Shown here: one piece after another, positions 1 to 13,152 of the stretch
How positions within the stretch are numbered: position 1 is the stretch's first letter
Layout of the letters: the number at the start of each line of letters is the position of its first letter
Source: Polymyxa betae A26-41
Lineage: Eukaryota; Protista; Endomyxa: Phytomyxea
DNA length: 64,000 nt
NCBI GenBank assembly: GCA_003693705.1
Contig: RBZT01000546.1
Coordinates: 228,927 to 292,926, forward strand
Direction of reading: 5' to 3'
Notes under the pieces: model-generated
Told to the model about the DNA's origin: nothing
What the model saw: the letters and a program-made list of their open reading frames with translations, nothing else
Databases searched by the model: none
Translations under genes and position numbers: made by a program

Positions 1-3000
1 GTGGCAGCCTTCAAACGATGCCATCCATCAATGTCGATTGTCCCTCGTTTCACGGAGAATGACAGTGATGTAGGTCCTGATCTCGCACCACATCGTTGCT
101 TATAGTGCAACAAAGAAGCCTCGATGGCGGCTTTACGGTTGATCGCCTCGGTTTCTTCAGCTTGACTGTGTTCGGATCCGCCATCACAATTGTTGCTTCC
201 AGAACGAGGAGGCAAGTGGAAACTTGCTCCAGCTGCTCTGTCGAGAAATTCTACGATCAGACTGGATTTCTTAGAGAGAGCTGATATGCCTGGAACAGTG
301 GTGGTATTGTCTGAAAATTCAGATGGCAATTCTGATCCCGAAATTAATCGATCATCACTCGGAGATATTCCTGGAAGGATATAACGGCATATTCGCACAG
401 CTAGAAGTTTGCCCACAGGAGATCCGTGAGCGGCTACATCTAGAATGATTTTAATCCAGGATCTGGAAGAAAGAATTCTTTGAACAGCAGGAAACTGACA
501 GCTACGAAGCAGTAGCCAAAGATACTGATTGAAGAACGCATCGAACTCACCAACGACAGGAGGCTCTTTACGAATTAAAGGACGACCTCGAAGACCAACA
601 TCATCAAAATGATTTTTGTACCAATACACAGAAGCGTCACCAAGATTCGCTTCCCGTATGCGGATTTGCCATGACGATCGATCGACTTCAACAACTCGAT
701 GATCTTCCTCGGTTGGAGTTGGTTGCAACATGGTAACCTTGGACTGGTACCCAGTCATTGAAACTGCTGCATAAACGGGACCCGTAAGATTGTCAAAAGC
801 GATGCCTTGGGAAGCCCCATTCTTCATAAACTCAATAGTGCCAGCATCAAAATCCAGCTGAACTCCAATTGTGTCACCAGCAGTGTATGACGCACCATAA
901 GGTCTGTTTGTAGAAGAATTGTAGTTCTTGTGACCAAGACCGCCGATATAGCCCCAACCTCCTTGCGAGCCGATCCAAGTACTGGCATTATTGATCATGA
1001 AGCGATGAGGAACCACCCCAACAATGAATTTCCATGAATTACTTCCATTGCCGTCATAATCAATTCGGAACTCGATCAGGTGTCGATCTGACGAGTAAGT
1101 TTGAACTCCCTTAACGGTATGCCACGATTCAGTGTTGTTTGTGTGCATCACTGTAACAGGCTTGTCAGAGTTAGGGCCACTAAACTCGATCTCTCTGGTA
1201 TCACGCGTGTCCCAATAATCAGGTGACATTTCCGATTGCCTGTCAGGGTGCTGTTTCTTCGAAGAAATGTATTCCGCGTCGCCGTCCAGAATACCATAGA
1301 TTTCAAATCCAGATAGTGCTAAGTACCAATGCTCGTTAGAATTCAAACCAGTCATGTATATCCGGAAATGAGAATAGGATTCTGTAATATTCGGAATGTC
1401 CCATGTGTGTGTAGCTCCCCTCGTATTCAAAGAGCGGTCATTGCTATGGGAACGCAGTGTGACCCAGTTATGTCCATCATTGGAGCCTTCAAGATTCCAG
1501 AAACGCAACGCTTCAGTGTCCCAAGAAGAATAATGCCTCAGCGTGTAATGCGTTGGAATAATTGAATGCTCCAAAAAGTCAATTACAAACCATTGGTTGG
1601 GACTGGGCTGGGAAACACATCGAACAGCAGTACGGCCAACAACAGCAGAAATAGGATTGGAATCGCTTTGCTGAGATGATGATGTAACAGAGACGACACC
1701 TAAATCATGGGGATTGCGCCAAGCTTCAGTACCGCCACACGTTCCAAAAAAGTATAAGATGCCTTTCGTATCAAAATCCGATTCATAAACGAACTCTTGC
1801 CCTTTGTGCTCAAATTCTTCTGGCTGGACGTCTTCTTTGGCTAACTTTTCATTATCCGGGAATGTCAGCATACAGATTTCGCATTCGAAAGTAGGGCGAT
1901 CATTAAAAAATGTGCAACGGCGGCAGTACCAATTTGACGGGTGTGCACTGGCAGAATCGATTTGCATAGAATCTTGTTCATTGGGATTCACTGAAAGGGT
2001 ATCGGATTGCAACTGCTTATGTTGCCTCATCTTCCAAACCAAAGACATTTGGTTCAAAGTGGCATGAAAGATCTCATCCAGACACTCGAATGATGGAGTA
2101 GGCAGACTGGAGGCTGCATAAGCAAGCATTCTGACTAGTGACCATGCTGCAAAACGAATATTCCATGGACATGATCTCAGCTCTCCATTCAACCGAAGAT
2201 CCTTACACACCTCTTGATCAGCTAGTATGGCACGATTGCTGCCAGGGAAAGCAACAAAAGGCGTCAAATAACGAGTGATGCCGATCCGATGAAGTAGCTG
2301 CAAATCATGAGGGCCGAATTCGATATTACAAAGATCAATTAGGTGTAGTTTAGAGACATCGTCTAAATTCCCTCGAGCAATTAAGGAGCCAGCAATATCG
2401 AAATATGTTTCCGATAAATAGTCAGTGATGACAGGACCAACAGTGGGAATGCTCGAAGTGAAGTGTCTCTTGATAATTTTGGAGGATTTGTTCCCTGGCT
2501 CGGGTGATTGTCGAAAAGCACCATTGAAGTGAAGCAACAGCTCTGGCAAAAGACCATCAGATTTGACTGATTTCACTAAAACAGAAAAGTAGTGCAATCC
2601 AATCAAGCGCATAACAGCGCGAGAGCGTTGAATGATCAAACCATCCATTGTAGCTTCCAAATCGACATGACGAGCAACAATAAACTTGATAACAGAGCGG
2701 ATCAGAACAGATTCCGGATCTTGCTTAACAGATGCTAAACGGGTTCTAACTAACATTAGCTCTTTTAACCTTCGAAGAGCTTTCATTGTGTTCTTCAGCA
2801 ACTTGGTCATCACTTTGGACTGACTCCATTTGTTTGTTTTCTGCATCATTAACATCGGACCAGTAAGCTCAGTGATCGAGTTAGATCTAGAAACACTCAA
2901 TGAGCTAAAGCCCGAGTCGCATTCAACTGTGGCATTTCTGTCGATGTGATCAAGCTGACTGGCAGATACATGACCTTCATCGCCTGATGTTAAAGCAACT

Positions 3001-6000
3001 AATGAAGCTGCAGCTTGTATGACAGGGCCATCTTCTATGTTCATTCCTTTGAGGCCTGCGGACGAGGCAGAATGAGTGCCGGACGCATCAGAGTCGCCAG
3101 TTAATTTTGGCTCGGATTCAAAGATAAATCCAGAATCGGCACGAATGGGCAATAAGAAATTGACACGATTCTTGATGACAGTCAAGCATTGTTCTATATC
3201 TTCACCTTGGGCTTTTAAAGAACGTAATTCCAGCTTCATTTCTTGAGCCTTTTTCCACAATCGTAATATGCTTTCAGGCGCTTTACTATTATCCCCCTCG
3301 GAAACTGTAGTCATAGCTAGATTGACACGATGCGTAAGCTTTAGAAGGACGGCAAACACTCCTGCAACGGCTTTATTTGCGTGGTCTAGGATGGAGCGTT
3401 GAACGATGTGACGATCTGGCATCAAACGATTGAGCTTTGACAGCAGTATCTGCCCGTTGCCGGTGTCATTAATAATGTTCTGAAGAAATGCCATTTCGTG
3501 AGATTGCGGTTCCAGCGAGGATGGCGAAGATTCAGCGCCCAAATGGGTATCACTATTTAACACCGCAGGGAACAACTGAGAGATATTGATATCCACTTCC
3601 AAGAGAGAAGGGAGAAGACATGGAAATAATGGATGCGTTGGCTCAACACCGGATTTAAAAAGAACCAAGACAGATCCCTGTAATTCCTTTTCTGCAACTG
3701 AGGCTGGCGGTCCAGAAATTAGTGAGGACCCCATCTTTCCACATAACCAGGAAATGTTCTGGGTAAAGTCGCCAAGCCATGACAAAGGGGTGACAATGAC
3801 AGTGCCCAACACTGTTAAACGGTAACCCCATCCAGTGCCACTTCCTCCAGAATGAAAGTAAACCACGACAGTGTCTCCATTGACAACAATAGATTCAGCA
3901 GGCCAGTTACTGCCATCTGCAGGACCGTAAAGGCATTCAGTAATAGGATCTCTCTTGTTTGGAGACTTGTAAAGCTGAACGTAATCCTCTTCTGACTGTG
4001 TGCTGCATTTGGCTATATCAAATGTGACAATTAAAGACTGAGCATCTTTGATCGTGATGATTTCTTCACGATCAACGTTATTCCGATACGGATGACGGCT
4101 TTGAACAGTGCGCTTCTTGTCAACAGACATCTCGTCTTCGGGTTGGTTAATCTCACGAACCAACGACCAAAGGCCATCGCACTTCAGGAGAAATTGAGAC
4201 ACAAAAGGAAGTAATTTTAAGGCCATATCAGATCCGTCAACCTGCTCTGTAAATACGCTGAGAGCGGCAATTAAAGGCCTCGTTAATTTGCAGATGAGCG
4301 ATTCTCGCAGAATGTCTTCTCCAACACGACGCAATCCTTCAGAGGTTTGGTCTTTGTCAATTATATCATAAGCGAATGTGATAACGCCCAAAGATGCATC
4401 GATTAGGTTCCTGGAGTACTCCCAAACGACGTTCAATACTGCATTGCTGATGCGAGCCTTTTCCGGATCGTGTGAAGTTCCATCGTCTTCATGAGGGCCA
4501 CCATCGACGTGAGCTTGCAAAGAGCCGGGTAGGGATGATGCACCGTCTGTTGCTGCGGCGCCTGTTGACGAACCCAGAGCTGCTGGCGCCGAAGCCTCAC
4601 TACTGATAGCATTATTCGGTACTATGCCAGCTGCTACATCATTGTCGTATACTAAATCCGATGACCGTGATGAAGCCGAGACATTTGCAGCCGCTCGATC
4701 CTCTTCGGTAGAATTGGAATTGTTGTCCGCAGCTAAACTTGACAAACGAGATGTGTCCCCGGGATGAGAGCCTTCGGAACCATCAAAAGAAAGATTTAGG
4801 TATGACCCAGCCCTCGAAAGCAGATGTTTCTGGAAACTCTGTAATATCAGCAAAATATTCGACTCATGGTGGGTTTTGCCTGGAGATTTTAAAGCCGACT
4901 CAACTTCATGAACACTTGCAGAGATGAGACTTTTCAGAACTTCCATAACAACTCGACTAGAATTTGCAGGAGGATCTTGTGTGCAAGCTTGCTCGAGTTC
5001 ATCAAGCAGCAGAGATCCTGAACTGAAGGATGAAAATCGAGATAGTAATAGTTCAAAAAGATCCTGCTCTGGACTAGAGAGCGCCTGGCTTCTGCCATTG
5101 CCAGCAGAATTAAACTTGTCAATAAGTCTTCCCAGATACACGACTTGGTCGGAGACAGAGGAATAGAAAAATTCGAAGGCTTCAGCTAGAATTTGGGCGG
5201 CTTCTGATTGCACAGCTTCAGAAACAGCCAGTGCTGTATTGCTGACCAGACTATTTGGCCTCGGAGCCGACGGTGTCTCCAAGAACTTGAAGATCTGCTT
5301 ACGAATACGATTAACTGCAGATGTGGAAATATGGAACTCGTTCTGTGGAAGCTTAGCACGAACCGTTTGGTACAGATGGACTTTCAAAATCCGAAGACAT
5401 GCAACAAGTATATACATATTGGAAATATACTTTGAATCTGGACAAGCGTCACATGAAAAGTATCCTGGCGATACAATGTCAATGATGTCTGATAAAGCAG
5501 ACAAAGTTTCAGGTTTGACATCAACACATAAAGGTTTGTACAGCACAGCAAGACGATTGGGATCATCATTCCAAATGTCTTCGTCCGGTTGCCGAGCGTA
5601 TGGCTGAGATAGCCGATCGATCTGAGATATGACGATAAGGGTAGCCAAACGACCATCAACAGCTTCGTCGCCCTCTAATGATTCCAAATTTTGTGCGTAT
5701 CGTTGCATTATTTGGTCAGGCGTTGAGGGAAAAACGCCATTATCGTTGACTGCCTTAGATTCTTCGGATAGCTGTGAGCCATCGCCAGACTTTTTCTCGT
5801 CATCATGAGTGTAAAATGGGAACTGCATACCCGTGCTGCTTCGACGCCGAGCACTTAGTACGTTAGGTCCGACAATGGACAAACTATGCCTTCGCTCCGC
5901 CGCTTGAATGGCTGATTTTGAATTGCTGTCAACAGACTGCAGTGAAGGTGCATTTTGTTGAGCGCGTCCATTAGGCCGATAATTAATGATATAGCGTAGT

Positions 6001-6832
6001 GCATCCATCACATCGCGACCTTTGCCAATCTGATCGCTAACTAGAAGAACCCTGCACAATGAGAGAAATTCGACAAGAGATCCACGAGCAAGCGCCACAT
6101 TAAACAGAACCTTGGCGGCTTTGGCCCGCCTTTCAAGTGAATGGCGATTGTCAGTAACCAGGGCTCTGATATAATCCAAAAGCGGACTCAAACCGCTTGC
6201 AATATCTGGACTAAAATTTGGACCATCAATTAGCGTTAGAGGAGCAGTATCATCCAGAATTTCGCACAAAAGGCTCAGAATATCATCGACAACATTTGCA
6301 TCAGAGTGTTGGGCAGACTTGATCAATATCAAAAACATTTTTACCGATGTTTTGATCCCAATCTTCGCGCTTGCTGGTAGCGGCGGCGCGTCAGTTTCGA
6401 TCCGATTTTTTAACGCACTGGCACTGGCCTGGGTTCTATTTCGATCCCGAATAATTTCTCTCCGAATTGCATTGTGGATTTTTTTGATCGCATGAATGCG
6501 TTTGTCAATTTCTGTTGAATAAGTATTTGCTTTTCTGTCATTGCTAAGGGCAGCAATATCGTCCATCAGTTCATGCTGAACTTTCTTGGTATGGGGACGA
6601 AATCCGAATACCGGTCCAGTGGCTTCTGCTCTGGTGGTGAACTTTCTGAACCGAATACGCTTATAATCGCGTGCATTTCTCTTTAAGAACCCATCCTCAA
6701 AAAGCTCATCATTACAGGCGACAAGCCTATTTCTTTAAATCAGCACGAAAATGACCAAATCATTTGCAATTACCTCTCATCAACCTCGTCGTTAATGCCA
6801 ACATCTTTGATGACAGTGGGGTTATTTCCCAT
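1..6832 (-). CDS. Giant HERC1/HECTD4-like multidomain protein (probable E3 ubiquitin ligase), 5' part; continues off the left edge
   Basis: ATG at 6832 (MGNNPTVIKD), 47-nt GT-AG intron 6727-6773, then one long exon. Motifs read by hand: HERC1-like N-terminal region (LFNVALARGSLVEFL), CUB-like domain (VQSRHPY...WGYRLTV, ~3820-4120), RanBP2-type Zn finger (WYCRRCTFFN..CEIC, ~1870-1935), HECTD1-like domain (HYTLRHYSSWDTEALRFWNLEGSNDG...LSGFEIYG, ~1290-1800), SPRY domain (~760-1230). No HECT domain inside the window. Confidence 0.8.
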
Positions 6833-7445
6833 ATTCTAGTGGCTGTAGATTAACTAACACATAAACAGGGAAGGAGAGGTATAAATGATACAGTGACAAT
6901 ATTACTACCAATCGTCAATCACGGGTGGTACAAGAAAAAGATCGTACCTCTCGTCCAAGATTGATCGAGCGAAATTCAAGTTTCGGTGGCAGATCAGCAG
7001 ATCTCAACAGATAGATTGCGAATGTCAGATCGTTTAGAGATGTGACCCTGAAGAGAGATCTCTTCGATCAAAAGTGGATAGTAAGTAGGAACGTAACGCA
7101 ATCAGACTGCAATCGCAGTCGCAGCCTTAGACATGCGCATCATCCCGATACCGTCCGATGATCTGGGGGTTGTGAAGACCATTTTCGGCCTGTTAAGATA
7201 AGCAGGAAAAAAGTGATGGTTCTAACGTCTCACAATCGCATCATGTCACTATCCTCTTTGAAATTCCTTTGATTGGTTTAATATGTTATCCTGTCGTCTT
7301 GCTGAACGTAATATTCGTAATACATTCTGATGGACGTTGCTTGTTAGCGTTATATGCTCGAAAAATGTGTCATGTGAATTTTACAAACATCTTTTCAAAG
7401 TAAAAGATGTCACTTTAAAAAGATCATATTGGTACTTCGCTGTCC

Positions 7446-8297
7446 ATGTCATGGATACTAGTGCTGAACGAGCAATGGTTTGAAGATGTTGTCCAAGAGT
7501 ATTTCAACCATCTCTCGATCGCGTCAAGCAGATTGCTATATGAAATAAATCAGGCCGTTCGAATTCAATCTTGGTGGAGAGGTGTGTCATGGAGACTTCA
7601 TTTAAAACTGCTTAAGTAATGAACATTATTTACTGAATCTGAAAGCAAATACTGATATTCATACAGCGAAAGAGTTGTTCAGATTCAGCAATTATACAGA
7701 GGCTATCGAGGCAGACAATTGTTCAAAATTACCAAATTGGAGCACGCAGAATATTTACGAAGGCTTTGCTACGACCATGCTGCTACTTTGATTCAGAAAA
7801 TGTAAGCTATCATATTGTAATTATTTGTATGTGGTTTGAAGTTGAATCCAGCTATCGGGGCTTCTATTCGCGAAAGACCAGGTTCGACTTCTATGCTAGA
7901 AGAAGATACATAAAGACTGTACAAATCGAAGGAGATGAGTTGAATCGAAAGCTGACTGAACAGCTGGAATTGAGCAGGCAGATAACAGAAGAGAAAGAGA
8001 AAGTAGAAGCAGCCAAAGAATTCCATACAATTACTGCCAGTCTGCATCACCTTTTAAGTACAGCTGGAAGGCCAGGGATCTTCCGTTCTTCATACGGTGA
8101 AGCGTATTCAGCTAAAGCTTTCGATATTCCAGTCGAAGACCACATCAGAGATGCATTTAAGGTAACAAGCAGCTTCTGTACTTAGATTGAAACTTAATAC
8201 TTCGAAGATCAAGTTCAGGAAGAGTAAGACAGGAAGAAAGCTCCTTCAGAAGAAGGAGAGGATCAACACCAAACGAATGAATGTTGATAAGGCTTAA
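7446..8297 (+). CDS. SPATA17: SPATA17-like IQ-motif ciliary protein (spliced)
   Basis: Spliced product has three IQ-type motifs (AVRIQSWWRG, VQIQQLYRGYRGR, ATLIQK..RGFYSRK) followed by FDFYARRRYI...LHHLLSTAGRPGIFRS, matching remembered SPATA17 features (MHYLLSTKQIPGIYNS). Confidence 0.75.
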
Positions 8298-8449
8298 CAT
8301 GGATGCATATATAGTAGAGAGCAATAGTTGGCACGTTTTTTATGTAATTCTACGTTCGATAAAACAGTGCCAAAATTCAATTCTAATGCTTTTAAGCAGC
8401 GAGATCTTGAACATTATCTAGGCTTTTGACTGCAAGAGAGCTTTACAAG

Positions 8450-9196
8450 TTAAAAAGCAATAGCCGAATTCTTCCTAGCTTAGTCTCTCCATTAAGAAAT
8501 CAAGCAATTAGAATTGAATATCTGTTCGAATGACAGACTTCATATTTTCTGGCCACTGTTCGGTTAATAAACTGGATGACGAATACCTCTCGGTGGCAAT
8601 AACTAAGCGATTCACTTCCGGGCACAAAATAAACGAACAGATTTTAATATGTACTGTTTGCATTAGTATCATTATAAGAAGAAAGCAAGCCTATTGTGCA
8701 TAATATCAATGAAGCAGATGGATTAAGCGGCTGCCTTCAAAATCGGGCTGCCCATTATGGAACCTTCCACTGAATGTAGTGACGGTCTATGTCAGATGAT
8801 TTGATTCATAAATTAATTATAGTTCTTATGCATGAAGGCATTTGCTTCTGATTGCAAGTGGACATTATAATTGTGACCTCCATCGGATCTGATACGAAAA
8901 AGTTCTCGCTTTCACGTGCGGCTCGCTGTTGTTCTGAGGACGCATCGCTAGCTGATAAGTGCCGATTGAAGGAAAACGAAGGATGAAAAAGCCAAAAAGA
9001 CATTCATCTACCCTAATCCATATCATAACGATCACCAAAACCTGCTCATCTGATGCAGTTCAAACAAAACCCAAACCAGTTTTGCAGCTTGGCCAATGAG
9101 AAGAAATGTGGAAGAAAGTAAGTACAGGTGGATTCCGATGCAAACGCCTTTCCTGAAAGCGCTAGTCAGCAAGAAGAGTTGGGAACTTGCGACATT
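8450..9196 (-). CDS. Possible small multi-exon hypothetical gene; structure unresolved
   Basis: Several short GT/GC..AG-bounded segments and the 8806-9003 ORF fill a gap between genes. I could not assemble a confident model. Confidence 0.3.
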
Positions 9197-9526
9197 TCAG
9201 AATCTGGCAGGTTGTTTTATAAGACGATAAATCTGCTCTAACTCAAACTGAAATTTAGGGGCGCTTAATCTCTGATCCCAGAATTAGACCCAGCACAATT
9301 CAAATAACCAATGACTATAAAGATTTGCTGACGTTCTGCTTCTGGAATTGTGTTTCGTGATTGCAGCGGTTTGGATGATAGTCACGTTGCAAATGATCGT
9401 TGATCTGTTAGAGGAATTTCAACAGACAGGATCGCATTCATATTGAGAGATGATATATAGGCGCAACCTTACTTATGTCAATCGGATCTGACAGAAATTG
9501 TGGTCAATTACATTCATATTAATGAA

Positions 9527-11242
9527 ATGTTGGCATTGATAGTCAGCTGCTTTTTGGTTTTGCTTGGCATCTGGTTGTATAGATTCAGGACAAAGACATA
9601 TGATGTGGCGTTTTTCCATCCCTTTTGGTATGGTATATGCAATCAGTTTACAATGACTAGCTCATTGTTAAGAGCAGCGCTGGAAGAGGCGGTGGAGAAC
9701 GTGTACTTTGGCATTGCATTAAAACCTTACGATCGCAGTTTGGATCTTCGATTCGTATATCGATTTATTGTGCAGATGATGCAGCCAGTCGATCAACAGA
9801 CGACATTATAAGTTCTGCAAAACGATGTTTTGCAATTGACCAAATAGACGATATCCATTTCGTCAAGGTAATGAACTGCTTATTACTCTACTCACAATCT
9901 GCTAAATGCGAGTTCAAGTGTAAAACTTATCGCTTAATCGATCCTAAACTTTATCCATTCTTTACTCTGATTTTACAAAGCCTTGGCTCCATGATCTTGG
10001 TTGGTCAAGTGAATTGATTATTCCACTGCTAATAATTACAAAGGGAATGGAATGCTTATTAAGGTATCGTCCAGGATTGTTCATCGACAGCACCGGATTT
10101 GCCTTCATTTATCCAATCGCACGATATCTATTCCGTTGTCGAGTAGCATGTTATACACATTATCCAACAATTAGTACTGATATGTTATCAAAAGTTATGG
10201 AATCTCGTCCCTCTCATAATAACAAGCCAAGGTTCATCATCAAATTCCCGGTCTTCGCTTTGCTGAGTTAACTGTTAGAGTCGCTTCCAGTCGAATATTA
10301 ACTCGCATGAAGGTCTATTATTATCGGTTATTCGCTTGGCTATATAGCCAATTCGGAAAATCGGCTGAAGTTGTCATGGTAAATTCCAGGTAATTCCTTC
10401 GCTAAACGGCGTGATCGTCTCTTCAATCTATTGATAGTTGGACCCGAGATCATGTTTTATCATTATGGCAAACTGAATGCTCGATTGTGTATCCTCCATG
10501 CGAGATAGGCGAACTCTGTAAAATCCCATTGGGCAATCGGCAACCTTGGATTCTAAGTGTGGCCCAATTTCGACCTGAGAAAGATCACATGCTTCAATTA
10601 GAGGCGTTCGCTTTAGTGCTCTCCCTCGTCAAGCAACATCGAAATCGTGTCCGGCTTGTTTTGGTGGGTGGTGTTCGAAATTCTGATGATCAGGTAGCTC
10701 GTCTGGTTGATCATTATCTGCCCTTGTTGAGTCTTTTTTTAAGAGTTTAGTTGATGAGTTAGTCAATCGAGCAAAGGAACTGGAAATCCATGAGAACATT
10801 GATTTCCATATCAATGCCAGTTATGACGAATTATACAGCCTGTATGAGAAATGTTTCATAGGACTTCATTCAGTAAGTTTTCCAATTGTAGCTGTTAACA
10901 ATAACCGACTCAATTGATCAGATGTGGAATGAACATTTTGGGATTGGCGTTGTGGAATATATGGCTGCTGGTTTAGTGACAATAGCACATAATTCAGGAG
11001 GCCCTCGATCTGATATCGTAGTTCCTTTCGAAGGAAGACCTGTTGGTTATCTCGCTGATGGCACACCAGAAGCTTTCTCGGAGCAACTCGTTTCTGTATT
11101 AAATGGTTTCTTATATCGTAATGATGACCTGAATGGTTTACGAATGGATGCTCGAGCTCAATGCCAAAAGTTTTCAAATGAACGTTTCAAAGATGCATTT
11201 CTGTCAGCAATGGAACCGTTCTTTCAAATAAAGATTGGATAG
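9527..11242 (+). CDS. ALG11: GDP-Man:Man3GlcNAc2-PP-Dol alpha-1,2-mannosyltransferase
   Basis: N-terminal TM segment, then [37 protein letters not shown] and [17 protein letters not shown], across multiple short introns. Confidence 0.95.
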
Positions 11243-11293
11243 TATGAGCAATAATATTAACTGTATGGAAGATAATCGAGAATTCGAGTGCTA

Positions 11294-11751
11294 TTACAGA
11301 TCGAGGCCTTCGTTTTCACGATCATCATTGCCATCTTGAATATCCTCCAAGTTAGGACCAGACTCAGGTATATAGACAGGTTGAGATTTTTGAATCGGTG
11401 CTTCGCCGTAGCCAGAAGCATGACTCCCACAACACTGCTCCAGCCTCTCTCTTAGCTTAGCAATCCGTTCTTCTTTCCTTTTAATCACGTCTTTATTCTC
11501 AATTCTGTACAATCAGGTTAGATTAGATGCGTCAGAAATCTATTATATACATCGCTTCATTATAAATAGGATCGGGAGGTGATGCCTCTAACAATTCCTG
11601 ATAAAACAATTACGAAACCTGCATGGATGAATTGCGTTGGACACGTATGTACTTGGTTAGAACGAATCAAATGCTGAATCGATCGCTGTATCTCATCAAT
11701 CTCTATGCGAATCAGTTCTGGATTCAGAGTCGTTTGCATGTTGTCTGCCAT
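11294..11751 (-). CDS. Adc17/Tma17-like small protein (118 aa, 3 exons)
   Basis: Exons 11653-11751, 11551-11597 and 11294-11504 give EIDEIQRSIQHLIRSNQEL...IYNEAIIENKDVIKRKEERIAKL...GLDL. This resembles yeast Tma17/Adc17 as remembered (EIENSINHLQRSN...ENEIVL..ERV). Confidence 0.6.
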
Positions 11752-11907
11752 TGCTTAAGCAAAAGCCTTGTTGGTCTACACAGTATAAACAGACGATATA
11801 ATCTTTATGGTGATACGCAGTTTTATTTCCATTTTTAAATTGTGCTGGAGAGTAGGCAGACAAACCTTATAGGAGTATTATCATCAACAAGTCGTGGGAT
11901 TTCGTTG

Positions 11908-13002
11908 TCACGGGTGGCTTTGGCGAGCTTCATTCGCATTTGCTATGACTGATGTCGGATTGTTCAACTCTCTATCCTTCATGGAGTATTCGACAGCTTT
12001 AGGTGCACGGAATGGTGTTAGAATGTCATCCTGCTCTGAATAGGTCTGGAAATCAGCTTCGTCATTATCGCAGACCCAAGCGTCGTCAACCTAAATAATG
12101 TAACAAATACCGTTTATCACACAATTTCTTGTATACCTGAAATAGCTCGCGAGCGATGTGCTTCACTACTCTTAAAATATGGCTGGCCTTTCCTGACCTC
12201 TTATGTTCGTTCTGTTTCGTGAGAAATCATCAGATTAACGTAATTTTGGATTGGTTAATTACCTTGAACGTTCTTCCGTAAATAGATTGAAGTCGAATCT
12301 TGAAGGCAGGTTTTTCGACATCTGTAGCGCCCTCGTTAACGGGTTGATGATATTCAAGAGCTACTAACATTGAGTATACAATTGCACGAACTGCAAGACT
12401 TTTCTTTGCTGCGAGTTCGCTGTTTTGGACAACTCTTTCGAGTAATGCAATTCCCCATTTAGCAATTGCTCGTTGAATGTGGAAGACATCCGGAGTAATG
12501 ATTTGCTCAATGATTGAAGTTGCTTCTTTTAGCAATACTGCAGCAATGCAATCGACAAGAAGAAGATCTTGATCAGAAGTGGCAGATGTTAAATTGTGGT
12601 TGCTTGGCATGTTATTGAATATCTTGACTTTTGTTTCTTGCGTGAAGATTTGAGGACTGCAGAAATGGAATAGCTGCTTGAACTGCATCTGTGCTTGGGT
12701 TGTATATATAACTGACACCTAGCTATTGTTGATTTACAATTTGTCAGCAAACAACAGCATACTTGATACTGTTGATTAGGAATGATATGACGCAGATAGG
12801 CTCGTGTTCCTGAATTGGATTCCGCCAAGATCCAATCGTGTCCATTCAATCGCCATTTCCGGCCGCTTATTCGGTAGTATACCTGGCACGAGTCGTTACT
12901 TTCAAGCCGCAGGGGTAATCCGGTAGTAGTTCCTATCAAAATTTTGATCGTATCTATCCCTTCGGTAAAAGCCTGAAGGCGAATCAAACCAGCCATAAAC
13001 AT
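11908..13002 (-). CDS. Hypothetical protein (spliced, about 4 exons)
   Basis: ORFs 12589-13002 and 12230-12718 join through short GT-AG introns and continue to a stop at 11908. No recognised family. Confidence 0.6.
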
Positions 13003-13152
13003 AATACGAAATGATTAGCAATCCTGTCTCAGAGTCTCAACCCTAGAAAGAGATACCATAACTAACAACTGTTCATATCAGTTTTTTTGATCTCAATGAA
13101 ATCTGCAAAATCTAAATCTCTAAGCATGCAAACATGATTAAATAAGGCATCT

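Noticed and set aside
96-5659. Short plus-strand and alternative-frame ORFs in the first 6 kb
   Set aside because: They are antisense or out-of-frame shadows of the giant minus-strand exon.
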